Shown here: positions 1 to 9,397 of the stretch, piece by piece
Position numbering within the stretch: position 1 is the stretch's first letter
How the letters are laid out: the number at the start of each line of letters is the position of its first letter
Source of the DNA: Polyangia bacterium
Lineage (GTDB): Bacteria; Myxococcota_A; Polyangia; JAAYKL01
DNA: 59,677 nucleotides
Direction of reading: 5' to 3'
NCBI GenBank assembly: GCA_050287845.1
Contig: JBNKCR010000033.1
Coordinates: 1-59,677, forward strand
Translations under genes and position numbers: made by a program
The notes under the pieces: model-generated
Told to the model about the DNA's origin: nothing
Database searches by the model: none
What the model saw: only the letters and a program-made list of their open reading frames with translations

Positions 1-28
1 CATTATGTTTTCATTTTGGATGCTTTTG

Positions 29-247
29 GCCCTGAAAGGGCATGCGCATAATAGCCCCGGGCAACGCCCGGGGGACGGATGATGATTTATGAAAATAACC
101 CTGTAAGGGCGCCACATCCGTCGACGGGCTTTAAAGGCGACTATTGTAGCCCCGAATGTAACGCCCTTTGCAGGGCTGAATATATTTATCAATTCACCGA
201 AACCCCGGGCGATGCCCGGGGCTGATATGCCTGGGCCCCTTCGGGGC
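29..247. repeat. REP/REPIN-like non-autonomous palindromic element (nested hairpins in inverted arms)
   Basis: Left arm: GCCCTGAAAGGGC (29-41), AGCCCCGGGCAACGCCCGGGG (53-73), CCCTGTAAGGGCG (99-111). Mirrored right arm: CGCCCTTTGCAGGGCT (162-177), CCCCGGGCGATGCCCGGGGCT (203-223), GCCCCTTCGGGGC (235-247). Confidence 0.75.
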
Positions 248-295
248 GGCTTATACCAAAAGAACGTTTGAGACAAAGCCTAGAGCGGCGATCGG

Positions 296-982
296 TTATT
301 TCTTCGGAATCGTCAGCGTGAACACGCCATTTCTGTTCTCAGCTTTCATGTGTTCCGCATCAATTTTTCCGGGAAGTGGAATGGTTCGCGAAAACTGTCC
401 GGTCACCCTTTCGTTTCTGATTACCTTACCGTTCTCATCCTTTTCAACGGAGGTGCTGCTTCTTTTCCCGGAGATAGTCACGTTCTGGCCGTCCACGTTC
501 ACATCAATTTTACCCTCCTCAACCCCGGGCAAATCCATCTGAATAACAAATGCGCTGTCCGTTTCATGGACATCCATCTCTGGTGAGAACACCGGATCGC
601 GCACCAGATCCTGATATTTCTGACTCTTGCCAAAACGGCCAAAGGATGTTGAAAACATTTTGTCAATATGGTCCTGCATGCGCTGCATCTCTGCAAATGG
701 ATCCCAGTTATCGGAATCAAACGCGTCGGCAAACCAGTCGTCCATCGAATTGGATGGATCTGCCTGTTTTGCCTTTGGCTTTTTCTGTGGCGTCGCTTTA
801 TCAATAGCGCCGAAGTGATACACCGGATGGCTATCGGCGGCGCTTGATGTATCATTGCCCATTCGGTTCAGCTGTTTTTGCATGCCAGACATCATCACAC
901 ATAAAACAGCGACAATAATGACAAGCAACGCGACAAGTCCCGTCAGCACCCATTTTGATTTGTCTGTCTTTTGTGTATTCAT
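296..982 (-). CDS. Hsp20/alpha-crystallin small heat-shock protein with N-terminal TM helix
   Basis: C-terminal ACD (PEMDVHETDSAFVIQMDLPG...GQFSRTIPLP...NGVFTLTIPK); hydrophobic WVLTGLVALLVIIVAVLCVMM. Start moved to ATG 982 behind GAAAGGA. Confidence 0.9.
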   Translation of the reverse strand: MNTQKTDKSKWVLTGLVALLVIIVAVLCVMMSGMQKQLNRMGNDTSSAADSHPVYHFGAIDKATPQKKPKAKQADPSNSMDDWFADAFDSDNWDPFAEMQRMQDHIDKMFSTSFGRFGKSQKYQDLVRDPVFSPEMDVHETDSAFVIQMDLPGVEEGKIDVNVDGQNVTISGKRSSTSVEKDENGKVIRNERVTGQFSRTIPLPGKIDAEHMKAENRNGVFTLTIPKK

Positions 983-1331
983 GACATTTCCTTTCCGCAT
1001 TCCACCTGCAAAGGCGAAACGCGCCTGCTGTTGCAGGCAAAACCAACCGCTACTCTGCTGGTGAAACAGTCACCGCAGCCAGCATATTCCGTATTTTCAT
1101 GCGGGGATTTCACATTCCGTTGTGGCCATGTCAGATAAATTCACAACAGGATGGTGGTCATTCTTTCGATCGCTGCCTCTCATTGTTCGCATAACGAACG
1201 ATTCATCTGAAATGATTCGCTTTTTTCTGGATTCAGCGTTTCCTGCCCAATTCAGGCTCAGACAAAAGTATTGTGTGGTTTTAAAAACTCCGGCTTTGAA
1301 GAATCGGACGGATACCGTATTCTGGATGGGT

Positions 1332-3266
1332 ATGAAGAGGAACAAACATTCTGGGAAGGTGCTGGACGGCAGATACGAAATCCTCTCTCTCCTGGATGAA
1401 GGCGGAATGGGGGCCGTATACCTGGGGCGCCATGTCAAGCTGGGGCGCAGCGTCGCGGTGAAATTTCTGCGTGGGGAGCTCAAGGGCATCAAAGGCCTGG
1501 TCACCCGATTTTACAGGGAGGCCCGGGCGGCTTCCGGGATTTCTCACCCGAATATCATTGATGTCTACGATGTGGGGGTAGCGGAATGGGGGGAACCATA
1601 CCTGGTGATGGAGTATCTGTCGGGAGAAAACCTGGCCAGTCTGCTGGCGCGCAAAGGCCCCATTTCTCTCGCTGCCGCCTGTGGCATCATGGAACCGACA
1701 CTGCGTGCCCTCCATGCGGCCCATGAACGGGGAATCGTGCATCGGGACCTCAAGCCCGAAAATATTTTCCTGATGCGCCAGGAAAATGGACCGCCCGTTA
1801 TCAAAATCATCGACTTTGGCGTTTCCAAATTTCTCCAGTCGGAGCAAACGCAGCTCACCCGAACCGGCTCCCTGCTGGGCACCCCTTCCTACATGTCGCC
1901 GGAACAGGCGAGGGGACGCGGCACGGTAGATCACCGGGCGGACATTTACTCCATGGGGGTGGTGCTCTACAATATGCTCAGTGGCAGCCTGCCATTTGTG
2001 GGGGAAAGCTACAATGATCTCATTGTCAACATCCTGACCGAACCCGCGAAAACGCCCACGGAGGCGTATCCGGACTTTCCCTCAGACGCCGAACCCATTG
2101 TGATGCGGCTTCTCGAAAAAGATCCCGGGAAGCGATTTGGAACCTGCATGGAACTGGTGGAAGCGCTGGCCTCTCTGGAAGCATTTGCCGACAGGCAGGA
2201 GGCCCTCATCGACCTGGCCTCAGACATGCCGCAAGACTCTTTTGCCACCGGTGATTTGGGGGATACCGATTCATTCATCGATGAGATGGCCGACACCGTG
2301 GTTGCGGAGATGGGGCAAAGTGGCGGGACGACGATTCAGGATAAGCCACCGGTGGACGGGGTGAAACTGGAGGTTCAGCCGTCTGCGCAGGAAAAACTGT
2401 CAATGCCCCGGCCCGAGCTTGAAGACAGGCGCGGAGTGAGGCTGCTCCTGGGGTTGATATTTGTCGTCGTGGCAATTGGAATCAGTCTGTACGCCACCGG
2501 TTTGCTTCCCGGGGTGGGGTCAAAATCGGTTTTTCCGGCTGACAGAACACCAGTTGCGTCGCCCAGGTTGGCGCAGACCGAATTGCCCCAGACCGAATCG
2601 TCCATGACGGACTCCTCGGCGATTCAGAATAAATTCCCTGATGTGGTGCTCCCCGGAAAAGACGAAGAGGAGTCCGGTGTCGCGACGGATATCTCCCGGG
2701 AAGATCTGGATGGAACCGACAGCGCTGCGGACACGGGAACCGGGAATGAGTTGGCTGACACGGGTTCGTTGGAATCCGCGGCCCAGGACACCGCTTCCGA
2801 TGAAAGCCCGTTGGAACCGTCGAACGTCTCCAAATCCGGTGCGGCGTCTCCAACCGTTCGCCGGAACCGTTCTGCAAATCGAAGAACGGAACCCCCGGGA
2901 AAACAGGATGCGGAGGACGACACGGATAAACCCGTTCCACATCCGGAGGAGTCAGCGCCATCCGGTCCAGCGTCTGGTGATGCGTCCCTTTCTCCCCTGA
3001 CGCCTGTTGCGATCAACAGGCTGCTGGAGTCGCGCCATGGGCGAGTGATGACCTGCTACGATCTGGCCCGGGCGAAAACCCCGGAGCTGGAGGGCATCCT
3101 GGAACTGAAGGTGGGAATGGCGGGCAACGCGGTACACGTTGACGTAACCGGCGGCAATGTGTCCGGATTTCTATCCAATTGTATCATCCGTGTCATCAAA
3201 TCCATCTCCGTCCCGCCCAACGACGGCACCCTCGTGGAAATTCTCAAGGAATACGAGTTCCGGTAA
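1332..3266 (+). CDS. Membrane Ser/Thr protein kinase with C-terminal AgmX/PglI (TonB_C-like) domain
   Basis: EGGMGAVY, VAVK, HRDLKPEN, DFG and SPE motifs; TM LLLGLIFVVVAIGISLYA; acidic linker; C-terminal CY...PELEG..ELKV...CI domain. Start 1326 or 1332, not 1122. Confidence 0.9.
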   Translation: MKRNKHSGKVLDGRYEILSLLDEGGMGAVYLGRHVKLGRSVAVKFLRGELKGIKGLVTRFYREARAASGISHPNIIDVYDVGVAEWGEPYLVMEYLSGENLASLLARKGPISLAAACGIMEPTLRALHAAHERGIVHRDLKPENIFLMRQENGPPVIKIIDFGVSKFLQSEQTQLTRTGSLLGTPSYMSPEQARGRGTVDHRADIYSMGVVLYNMLSGSLPFVGESYNDLIVNILTEPAKTPTEAYPDFPSDAEPIVMRLLEKDPGKRFGTCMELVEALASLEAFADRQEALIDLASDMPQDSFATGDLGDTDSFIDEMADTVVAEMGQSGGTTIQDKPPVDGVKLEVQPSAQEKLSMPRPELEDRRGVRLLLGLIFVVVAIGISLYATGLLPGVGSKSVFPADRTPVASPRLAQTELPQTESSMTDSSAIQNKFPDVVLPGKDEEESGVATDISREDLDGTDSAADTGTGNELADTGSLESAAQDTASDESPLEPSNVSKSGAASPTVRRNRSANRRTEPPGKQDAEDDTDKPVPHPEESAPSGPASGDASLSPLTPVAINRLLESRHGRVMTCYDLARAKTPELEGILELKVGMAGNAVHVDVTGGNVSGFLSNCIIRVIKSISVPPNDGTLVEILKEYEFR

Positions 3267-3454
3267 GTAGAACCACTTCTCCAAGTGAATCTGATTAAGG
3301 AAATACCGCCGCACAACTTGCACTGCTTATTTTCGAATTTACCGTGTTTACTCAAAATGACTGCAGGAGCGCTACTGGACATATCTATGGAACAAGGAGA
3401 CGACGAGGGAGAACTCACCCTGTTTTAATTTTGCAATGAGCTCTTCTCCAGTTG

Positions 3455-4777
3455 TTACACCCTGGCAACCCCCAGAAACACAGCGTGCAGGGAAATCACC
3501 AGCACCAGAAAGACCATTCTGACCCGTGGGGAATGCCAGAGGGCAAAGTGATATGCCAATCCGGTACTTCTGCACTTTGATAGACAGTCGCCGCACAATG
3601 TACAGTTGATTCCCACTGTTCGCATTTGAATGTGATGTTCTTCCAGGGCGCCCATGGGGCATGAGAGACTGCAGGCGCCACACCCATCGCACCCGGGGGT
3701 GAACTTCATACGGAAAGGAGACAGTTTACCGGTAACAACAGCCACAAGCCCGATGGGGCATATCGCAGCACAATGAATCATGGTGCCCATTTTGCGGGAA
3801 CCAAACATCATTACCCCGATACCCGCGGCGCCAAATGCAACCGCCACCATTGCGGCTGCAACAGCAGAGACACCAGTTGCGCGCAACAGCAGAGCCACTG
3901 AAACCGTCGTGACCAGCAAAGCTATCCGCAGTGTCCCAAACCACTTTCTATGGGCCATTGGCCGTTTCCGCCCGGACGCGGCCAATAAATCGAATCCACC
4001 AAAATAGCAGAGATGGCTGCACCACGACGGCCCCACCAGCAGCAGCGTCGTTGCCAGCAGAATGGGCATAAAAAAGCCTTCGCCTCTGAAGATGGGACCC
4101 GCCAGAATAACCGCGGGCACAGGCACGTGCAGTTTGCCGGACATCAGGAATTGGTCTATCCCAAGTACGCCAATAATGAATTGTCCAAAGAAGACCACAG
4201 CAAACATCAACCAGATGCGCTTACGCCATATTCGCGCATCCCGGGGGTGCCCCATCTTCTGAACAATAATGGCCGCATAAACAGATAATGCCGTCACTTC
4301 AATCCAACCGCCGCCGGGAACGAACCGTTCCAGAAGGATCATGGGGCGGGATACCTTCAGCTGCACAATGGCGAGCAATCCAAAGGTGAGTATAAAAGCT
4401 GCAGCACTCCAGACAGCGCCTTTTGTCTGCCGGGAAAACCTGGCGGTAATAAAGGGGTGATTCAGCAGAAGCGCAGAAGCGCCACATACGCAAACCACCA
4501 CCGCCATGATGATGGCCATCCGAGTCCAGGCTTCATCGGTGGCCATTCGAAAAATGACCATTTCCAATGTTGTTTTCAGCCAGAACAACGCGGCGAACGT
4601 GAACCCAAACTGCAACACGATCTTTATCCAGCGCTGACGCATCGTCATCAGCGGTAGAAAGAGCAGTACAGCGATGGTCGCCCCCAAGTTCCCCGTTCTC
4701 AAAAAATGAGCGGCGAATATCAGGATATTCAGAACAGATATAGTGTGAAACAGAACAATCAATGGACAGATACCCAC
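3455..4777 (-). CDS. Polytopic membrane 4Fe-4S protein (NapH/MauN/RdxA-like)
   Basis: About 10 TM segments; WCSHLCYFG and HCAAICPIG motifs; C-terminal CDGCGACSLSCP and CTLCGDCLSKC ferredoxin motifs. Lies 27 nt downstream of nrfA; exact start uncertain. Confidence 0.85.
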   Translation of the reverse strand: MGICPLIVLFHTISVLNILIFAAHFLRTGNLGATIAVLLFLPLMTMRQRWIKIVLQFGFTFAALFWLKTTLEMVIFRMATDEAWTRMAIIMAVVVCVCGASALLLNHPFITARFSRQTKGAVWSAAAFILTFGLLAIVQLKVSRPMILLERFVPGGGWIEVTALSVYAAIIVQKMGHPRDARIWRKRIWLMFAVVFFGQFIIGVLGIDQFLMSGKLHVPVPAVILAGPIFRGEGFFMPILLATTLLLVGPSWCSHLCYFGGFDLLAASGRKRPMAHRKWFGTLRIALLVTTVSVALLLRATGVSAVAAAMVAVAFGAAGIGVMMFGSRKMGTMIHCAAICPIGLVAVVTGKLSPFRMKFTPGCDGCGACSLSCPMGALEEHHIQMRTVGINCTLCGDCLSKCRSTGLAYHFALWHSPRVRMVFLVLVISLHAVFLGVARV

Positions 4778-4804
4778 GCACTCGCGATTTTGTAATTCGC
4801 AGTT

Positions 4805-6391
4805 CTACATTACTCTGGTTTCGACCGCGGTATCTTCGACACCACTTGTGGTATCCAGTGTCCCTTCCGCAGCCGATGAGGAGTCCACCGATGAAACGTC
4901 CGGTTCGCGATTGGCCCCTTCGAAATTTGTGCAGTCCGGATCCACCCGGGATAAAGGCGCGCTGGTGAATTTCAGTGCCGCCACTTCCCCCTGGCGGGCA
5001 TAGTCAATCGCTTCACCCAATATCCGCGATGCCTCCTGTGGGGCATGGAATCCCATGGAGTTTTCGGCGGCAATATAGTCGATGCGCCACTGGGCTTTGC
5101 GCTGAAGCTCCAGAGTGGGCCGCAGCTGTTCCTCTGTAGCGCCTTCTTTCTTCGCCTGCATGATGGCATCCAGTTGCGCCATCAGCGCCCGGCCGGCCCG
5201 TTGCAACATATTGAAATTGGTTTCCTGAATTCTGGTGACCCGATCGAGCAATTCCTTTTCCGGGAAATGATGACAGGTCTGGCACGAACGATTCACGTTC
5301 AGCAGAGGGCTTCGTACCCAGTGATCCGAAATTTTGGTCGCCCCTTCCCGCATATACGGCATATGGCAATCGGCGCAGGTAACGCCGCTGCGCGCGTGAA
5401 TGCCCTGGCTCCACAATTCAAACTCCGGATGCTGCGCCTTCAACACTTCAGCGCCGGATTCTTTGTGTCTGTAATCAAAAAAGCGATGGCCATCTTCAAA
5501 TTTCGTCTCATTCCAGAACTTCTCCTCATCCTCCATCTTCAGGCCATTGCCCCACGGAAATGTGAGCGGCATTTTATTGGCACAATAGTATTCCACGTGA
5601 CATTGACCACACACAAATCCTCTTTTTTCATTTCGACTGGCATCCCTGTTCGGATCATACTGCTGCTTGCGTTTCCCATCCCGCCATTTCTGAATGGACG
5701 GCAGGTGGGGAACGGGAGCATCCCCTTCTGCAAGCGCCTGAATGCCGCGAATAAATCCGGGACGAGTCACTCTGATTTCCATGCTCTTCGGATCATGACA
5801 GTCCACGCATGAGACAGGATGCGCATGACCCATATCGTGAAGCATTTTGTTGGTCTCCTGGTAACTCATGGCGAAGGTTTTCGCAAATCCCCGGTCCGCA
5901 TCCCCATCTCCCAGTTTGCGATACATGGGCATGACCGAGGCGTGACAATGGATACACGAACCGGATTGCGGTTTGGTCTGACGTTGTGTTTTCTCCTGAT
6001 CCTCAAGCATGTAGGCGTGACCGCGACGGTCCCTGTAATCAATGGAAAAAGCGTATCCCAGAAACATTCTCTTCAACCAGGGGTCCCGCTCAATCTTCTC
6101 AGCCGGGAGTGCTTCAGAACCGCCATGGCCGCCAAATCGCGTACGTGTTGCTTCTGCGGTACGCAGATAGGCATCGTACTCTTTGGGCCAGTTCTTGCCC
6201 CATACCGCCGGATCGGTGGTATCTTCATCCACCTCCACCAGTCGCATAAACGGCTTCAGCCCTTCTGCCTTGCGTTCAAAAATATTCATCAGCAACGCGG
6301 TGACCATTACAGCAGCCAATGCTGCGCCCGCTGCAACGCCAATGACAATCAGTGTAAACTTTTTATTTTCTCTTTTTATATCCATCATCAA
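4805..6391 (-). CDS. nrfA: Ammonia-forming cytochrome c nitrite reductase (cytochrome c552)
   Basis: Five haem motifs (CIHCH, CVDCH, CGQCH, CADCH, CQTCH); [16 protein letters not shown] and [10 protein letters not shown] motifs. Confidence 0.95.
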   Translation of the reverse strand: MMMDIKRENKKFTLIVIGVAAGAALAAVMVTALLMNIFERKAEGLKPFMRLVEVDEDTTDPAVWGKNWPKEYDAYLRTAEATRTRFGGHGGSEALPAEKIERDPWLKRMFLGYAFSIDYRDRRGHAYMLEDQEKTQRQTKPQSGSCIHCHASVMPMYRKLGDGDADRGFAKTFAMSYQETNKMLHDMGHAHPVSCVDCHDPKSMEIRVTRPGFIRGIQALAEGDAPVPHLPSIQKWRDGKRKQQYDPNRDASRNEKRGFVCGQCHVEYYCANKMPLTFPWGNGLKMEDEEKFWNETKFEDGHRFFDYRHKESGAEVLKAQHPEFELWSQGIHARSGVTCADCHMPYMREGATKISDHWVRSPLLNVNRSCQTCHHFPEKELLDRVTRIQETNFNMLQRAGRALMAQLDAIMQAKKEGATEEQLRPTLELQRKAQWRIDYIAAENSMGFHAPQEASRILGEAIDYARQGEVAALKFTSAPLSRVDPDCTNFEGANREPDVSSVDSSSAAEGTLDTTSGVEDTAVETRVM

Positions 6392-6921
6392 GGCTCCTTC
6401 CGGATTCCTGTTGTTTTCAATTCTTCAGGGCGAAGCGGTCCTCCCAGTCCCACCGTTTCTCCGTGTCCCACATCCGCGTGACACTTCACGCACCGCACCG
6501 CATCTTTATCCGAGGTTGCGCCCCCAACCATTTCAGAAACAATGTCGCCGTGACAACGGAGACAGTTGTCCTGAAGAATATGGCTGTTGCCTTCCTTGAT
6601 CATGATGGGCTCATGAAAATCCTGAAACGTGAATCCTTTGGAATGGTGATAACCGTTGGACGCCTTGGCCACATATTTTTCCACGAAATCCAGGGGAAGG
6701 TGGCAGTCCACGCAGGTGGCAACACCATGGTGACTTCCCTTCTGCCATGAATCGTACTGGGGATTCATGATATGACAGTTGGCGCACGCCGCCGGGTCGG
6801 TGCTGAAGTAGGAGAACCCTTCGGCATAGAGGAATGTATATCCCCCCAGTCCACACAAAACACCCACCATTGCCGCGGCAGCCACCAGCCAGCGATGAAT
6901 ATTGGTTTTGAATACAGTCAT
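6388..6921 (-). CDS. nrfH: Cytochrome c nitrite reductase small subunit (NapC/NirT family tetrahaem)
   Basis: N-terminal TM; four CxxCH motifs (CANCH, CVDCH, CLRCH, CVKCH); overlaps the nrfA start. Start set at ATG 6921. Confidence 0.93.
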   Translation of the reverse strand: MTVFKTNIHRWLVAAAAMVGVLCGLGGYTFLYAEGFSYFSTDPAACANCHIMNPQYDSWQKGSHHGVATCVDCHLPLDFVEKYVAKASNGYHHSKGFTFQDFHEPIMIKEGNSHILQDNCLRCHGDIVSEMVGGATSDKDAVRCVKCHADVGHGETVGLGGPLRPEELKTTGIRKEP

Positions 6922-7073
6922 TTCAGCACCTGTAATCCTGTTTTTCGGTGTTCGTGTGCCACCATTTTTCACTTTCGTTCTGAGATAGAAAATCGGTACG
7001 GACAACGGTGAGTCAGCGCGCGATGAAGCATACACGTCAGAACCCGATATAACAAGGGGTCTCAATTTTTAAT

Positions 7074-7135
7074 AATCAGACAATATAGTCAGTTTTAATC
7101 TCCTTGCAAGATAAAAAGGTAAAATAGTACTTGTT
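7074..7135 (-). promoter_or_regulatory. Putative sigma70 promoter of nrfHA with two imperfect 8-6-8 palindromes
   Basis: Minus-strand TTGCAA-16 nt-TATATT (7109-7082). Palindromes AATCAGAC-N6-GTCAGTTT (7074-7095) and AAAAGGTA-N6-TACTTGTT (7114-7135) in an AT-rich patch. Confidence 0.4.
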
Positions 7136-7510
7136 TGCCGATATCAATGGTCAGCCTTGTAATTTTCCAGTGATGGCTTTTGATCGTACCGTACACAACC
7201 GATAGCCCAAGGATATCGCAACCAATCTCACAAACACTTGATATCGCATGTCATTATTGCTGGCACAGGCGATGCGGCAGTCACCAGAAAAAAAACCCGT
7301 TGATTCAATGAAGTGCCACTTCGTCAAGGACTTCGGCTTTCACCCGATAAGCGGAGATCAACTCGGTGTTGACAGTGCCGCCCATACCATCGCCACCAAA
7401 CCGGCTGACGATCATCAAATACCCCTGTACCGTCTCCAGCGTTTGCAGCCCATCGAAACCGGTGAGTACATCGTTGCCGCTAAACGGTGAGAGTCGATGC
7501 CCGTTTCAAT

Positions 7511-8206
7511 TCACTGTATTTTGAAAATATAAATCGAACAATAATAGACCCCAACCAGAATAAAAACGACAGCGGTGAACCGCCGCATCCATGGTTCCAC
7601 TTTGGTGAGGATATTGAATGCACTGGAAACGCGATGGGTAGCGAAGGCGATAAGTGCCGAAAACACCACCACCGGTAAAGCCGTTCCGATGCCGTATGTG
7701 ACCGGCATGAATATACTGGATTCGTGTTTCACAGCCAGGGGAATGAGACTGCCAAAAAACAGCGCCGCAGAGACCGGGCAAAAGGTAAGCGCGAAAAGCA
7801 ACCCCAGCAGCAGCGCCCCCCAGATACCGTGTCGATTGACCTGCTCCTGCAGACGGGAAGCAAACCCGCCGCCACCAACCAGGGGCCATGGAATAATATC
7901 CAGCAGCAGAATTCCGGCGATAACCAGAATTGGCCCGATGAACTGATTCATGTTGCTTTGCAGAAACATGGCGACCGCCGGCGTGGATGCAATGCTTTTA
8001 ACGGCAATAAATGCCACGGTAAAATAGCTGACGGTTCGCCCAAGGGTATACAACGTGCCAGCCAATAGCACTTTGGTCGGTTTATCAACCCGCTTACCGA
8101 TATAGGAGACCGCCGCGATATTGGTCGCCAGCGGACATGGACTGATGGACGTGAGAATACCCAGCCACAATGCGCTGCCCATGGCCAGAAACAGGGAGTC
8201 CATCAA
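7511..8206 (-). CDS. arsG: ArsG-family (DsbD/CcdA-like) aromatic arsenical efflux permease
   Basis: LGILTSISPCPLATNIAA and ALTFCPVSAALFFG motifs; 6 TMs; located in the ars cluster after the arsF-like gene. Confidence 0.8.
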   Translation of the reverse strand: MMDSLFLAMGSALWLGILTSISPCPLATNIAAVSYIGKRVDKPTKVLLAGTLYTLGRTVSYFTVAFIAVKSIASTPAVAMFLQSNMNQFIGPILVIAGILLLDIIPWPLVGGGGFASRLQEQVNRHGIWGALLLGLLFALTFCPVSAALFFGSLIPLAVKHESSIFMPVTYGIGTALPVVVFSALIAFATHRVSSAFNILTKVEPWMRRFTAVVFILVGVYYCSIYIFKIQ

Positions 8207-8712
8207 ACATTTCTCCCAATCAGATCAAGCTGCTGCCGGATCATTTTTTCAACATATGCCTTGAGTTCGTCCGGAGCCTGGGCAAAATCCCATACCTTAC
8301 CGGCGTTTTCCCACTTTCGCGTTTCGCCTTTGGCTTCAGCAGCCACAATCATGGTACTGAACGACAACTGAAACTGTTGCACGTATTTCTTATTGGGCTC
8401 CTCTTCCATGTTCAATTCCTGAAACTCAAGCATCCCCGCGTCAATATCCCTGCTGAACTTTTCATTGATCGTTTCTTCAATGCCTTTTTGAATGCCGAGA
8501 CAAGTGGGGCAACGGCGTGTATTGTGAAAATAGTAAACAACCACTTTGTCCACCCGGGCGGCATCCGCGTCAGCCGCTTTCACCGATGTTTCAACAGACT
8601 TTTCCTCTTTCACGTCGGCCGTTCTGTTGCAGCCTGAAAGCACCGCAACAAGCAATACCGCAGCGAAAATCGGAATGAGCCGAGTTCCTGCACATCTCGT
8701 TTTCATATTCAC
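8203..8712 (-). CDS. arsF: ArsF-family thioredoxin-like lipoprotein
   Basis: Lipobox LSGC; VVVYYFHNTRRCPTC motif; overlaps arsG. Confidence 0.75.
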   Translation of the reverse strand: MNMKTRCAGTRLIPIFAAVLLVAVLSGCNRTADVKEEKSVETSVKAADADAARVDKVVVYYFHNTRRCPTCLGIQKGIEETINEKFSRDIDAGMLEFQELNMEEEPNKKYVQQFQLSFSTMIVAAEAKGETRKWENAGKVWDFAQAPDELKAYVEKMIRQQLDLIGRNV

Positions 8713-8716
8713 CCCT

Positions 8717-9118
8717 TTATCTGGCTTGAGACCGTTGTTGATTCAACGTTTCTTTTAACATCTCGAACGCGTTTCCAATTTCCACTTCAGTGGCCACCGC
8801 ACCCTGTTTCTTTTCAAATCCCAGTGTCGACAGGTCCATGTGCAGCGCCGGGGAAATTTCATGATGATCAAACAATTTTCTGGCGCATTGCCTGTCGCAT
8901 CCATCAATGGCTACCAGGGTCCGACAGGTCCGCGACGGGACGACAAAATCGTCCAGATGAGCGCCAACCCCCGCGAGACACGACATCTGCCCCACTTTTT
9001 CGCGGGTTGCCTTCAGCGCGACGCCGTTTGTAATCTGTCCAACATTCGAAGCGCCCGAGCAGGCAAAAATCAATACATTCGGACGAATACCGCAATTACA
9101 TGATCTTTCTTCGGTCAT
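8717..9118 (-). CDS. DGC-domain putative zinc-binding protein
   Basis: FACSGASNVGQ, SCLAGVG and AIDGCDRQCA motifs. Confidence 0.85.
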   Translation of the reverse strand: MTEERSCNCGIRPNVLIFACSGASNVGQITNGVALKATREKVGQMSCLAGVGAHLDDFVVPSRTCRTLVAIDGCDRQCARKLFDHHEISPALHMDLSTLGFEKKQGAVATEVEIGNAFEMLKETLNQQRSQAR

Positions 9119-9119
9119 C

Positions 9120-9365
9120 TCAACCCTCCAATGCAGCGTTAATCCAGGCCACCATTTCGGCGCTTCTGGGAATTTTACCCGTACTTTTCACTTCTTCATT
9201 CACCACCAGCGCCGGGGTCATCATGACGCCATAATTCATAATGTCCTCGATGTTTTCCACTTTTTCGAGTTCAACATTTTTGCCCGATTCGGCAATGGCT
9301 TTTTCGGCTTCCTGATAGAGCCGTTTACACTTGGCGCAGCCTGTCCCTAAAACTTTCACTTTCAT
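9120..9365 (-). CDS. Small thioredoxin-like redox-active disulfide protein (MTH895/Thioredoxin_3 type)
   Basis: MKVKVLGTGCAKC...YGVMMTPALVVNEEVKSTGKIP. True start ATG 9365 behind AGGAGA; the track ORF is over-extended. Confidence 0.9.
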   Translation of the reverse strand: MKVKVLGTGCAKCKRLYQEAEKAIAESGKNVELEKVENIEDIMNYGVMMTPALVVNEEVKSTGKIPRSAEMVAWINAALEG

Positions 9366-9397
9366 GGCAAATCTCCTGTGTTGTCTATTCATACATT

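Noticed and set aside
1122..1331. N-terminal extension of the kinase (similarly the track extensions of nrfH, dnaK, sigma 2 and FIST)
   Set aside because: Non-homologous, promoter-like sequence; downstream starts fit the family N-termini and RBS positions.
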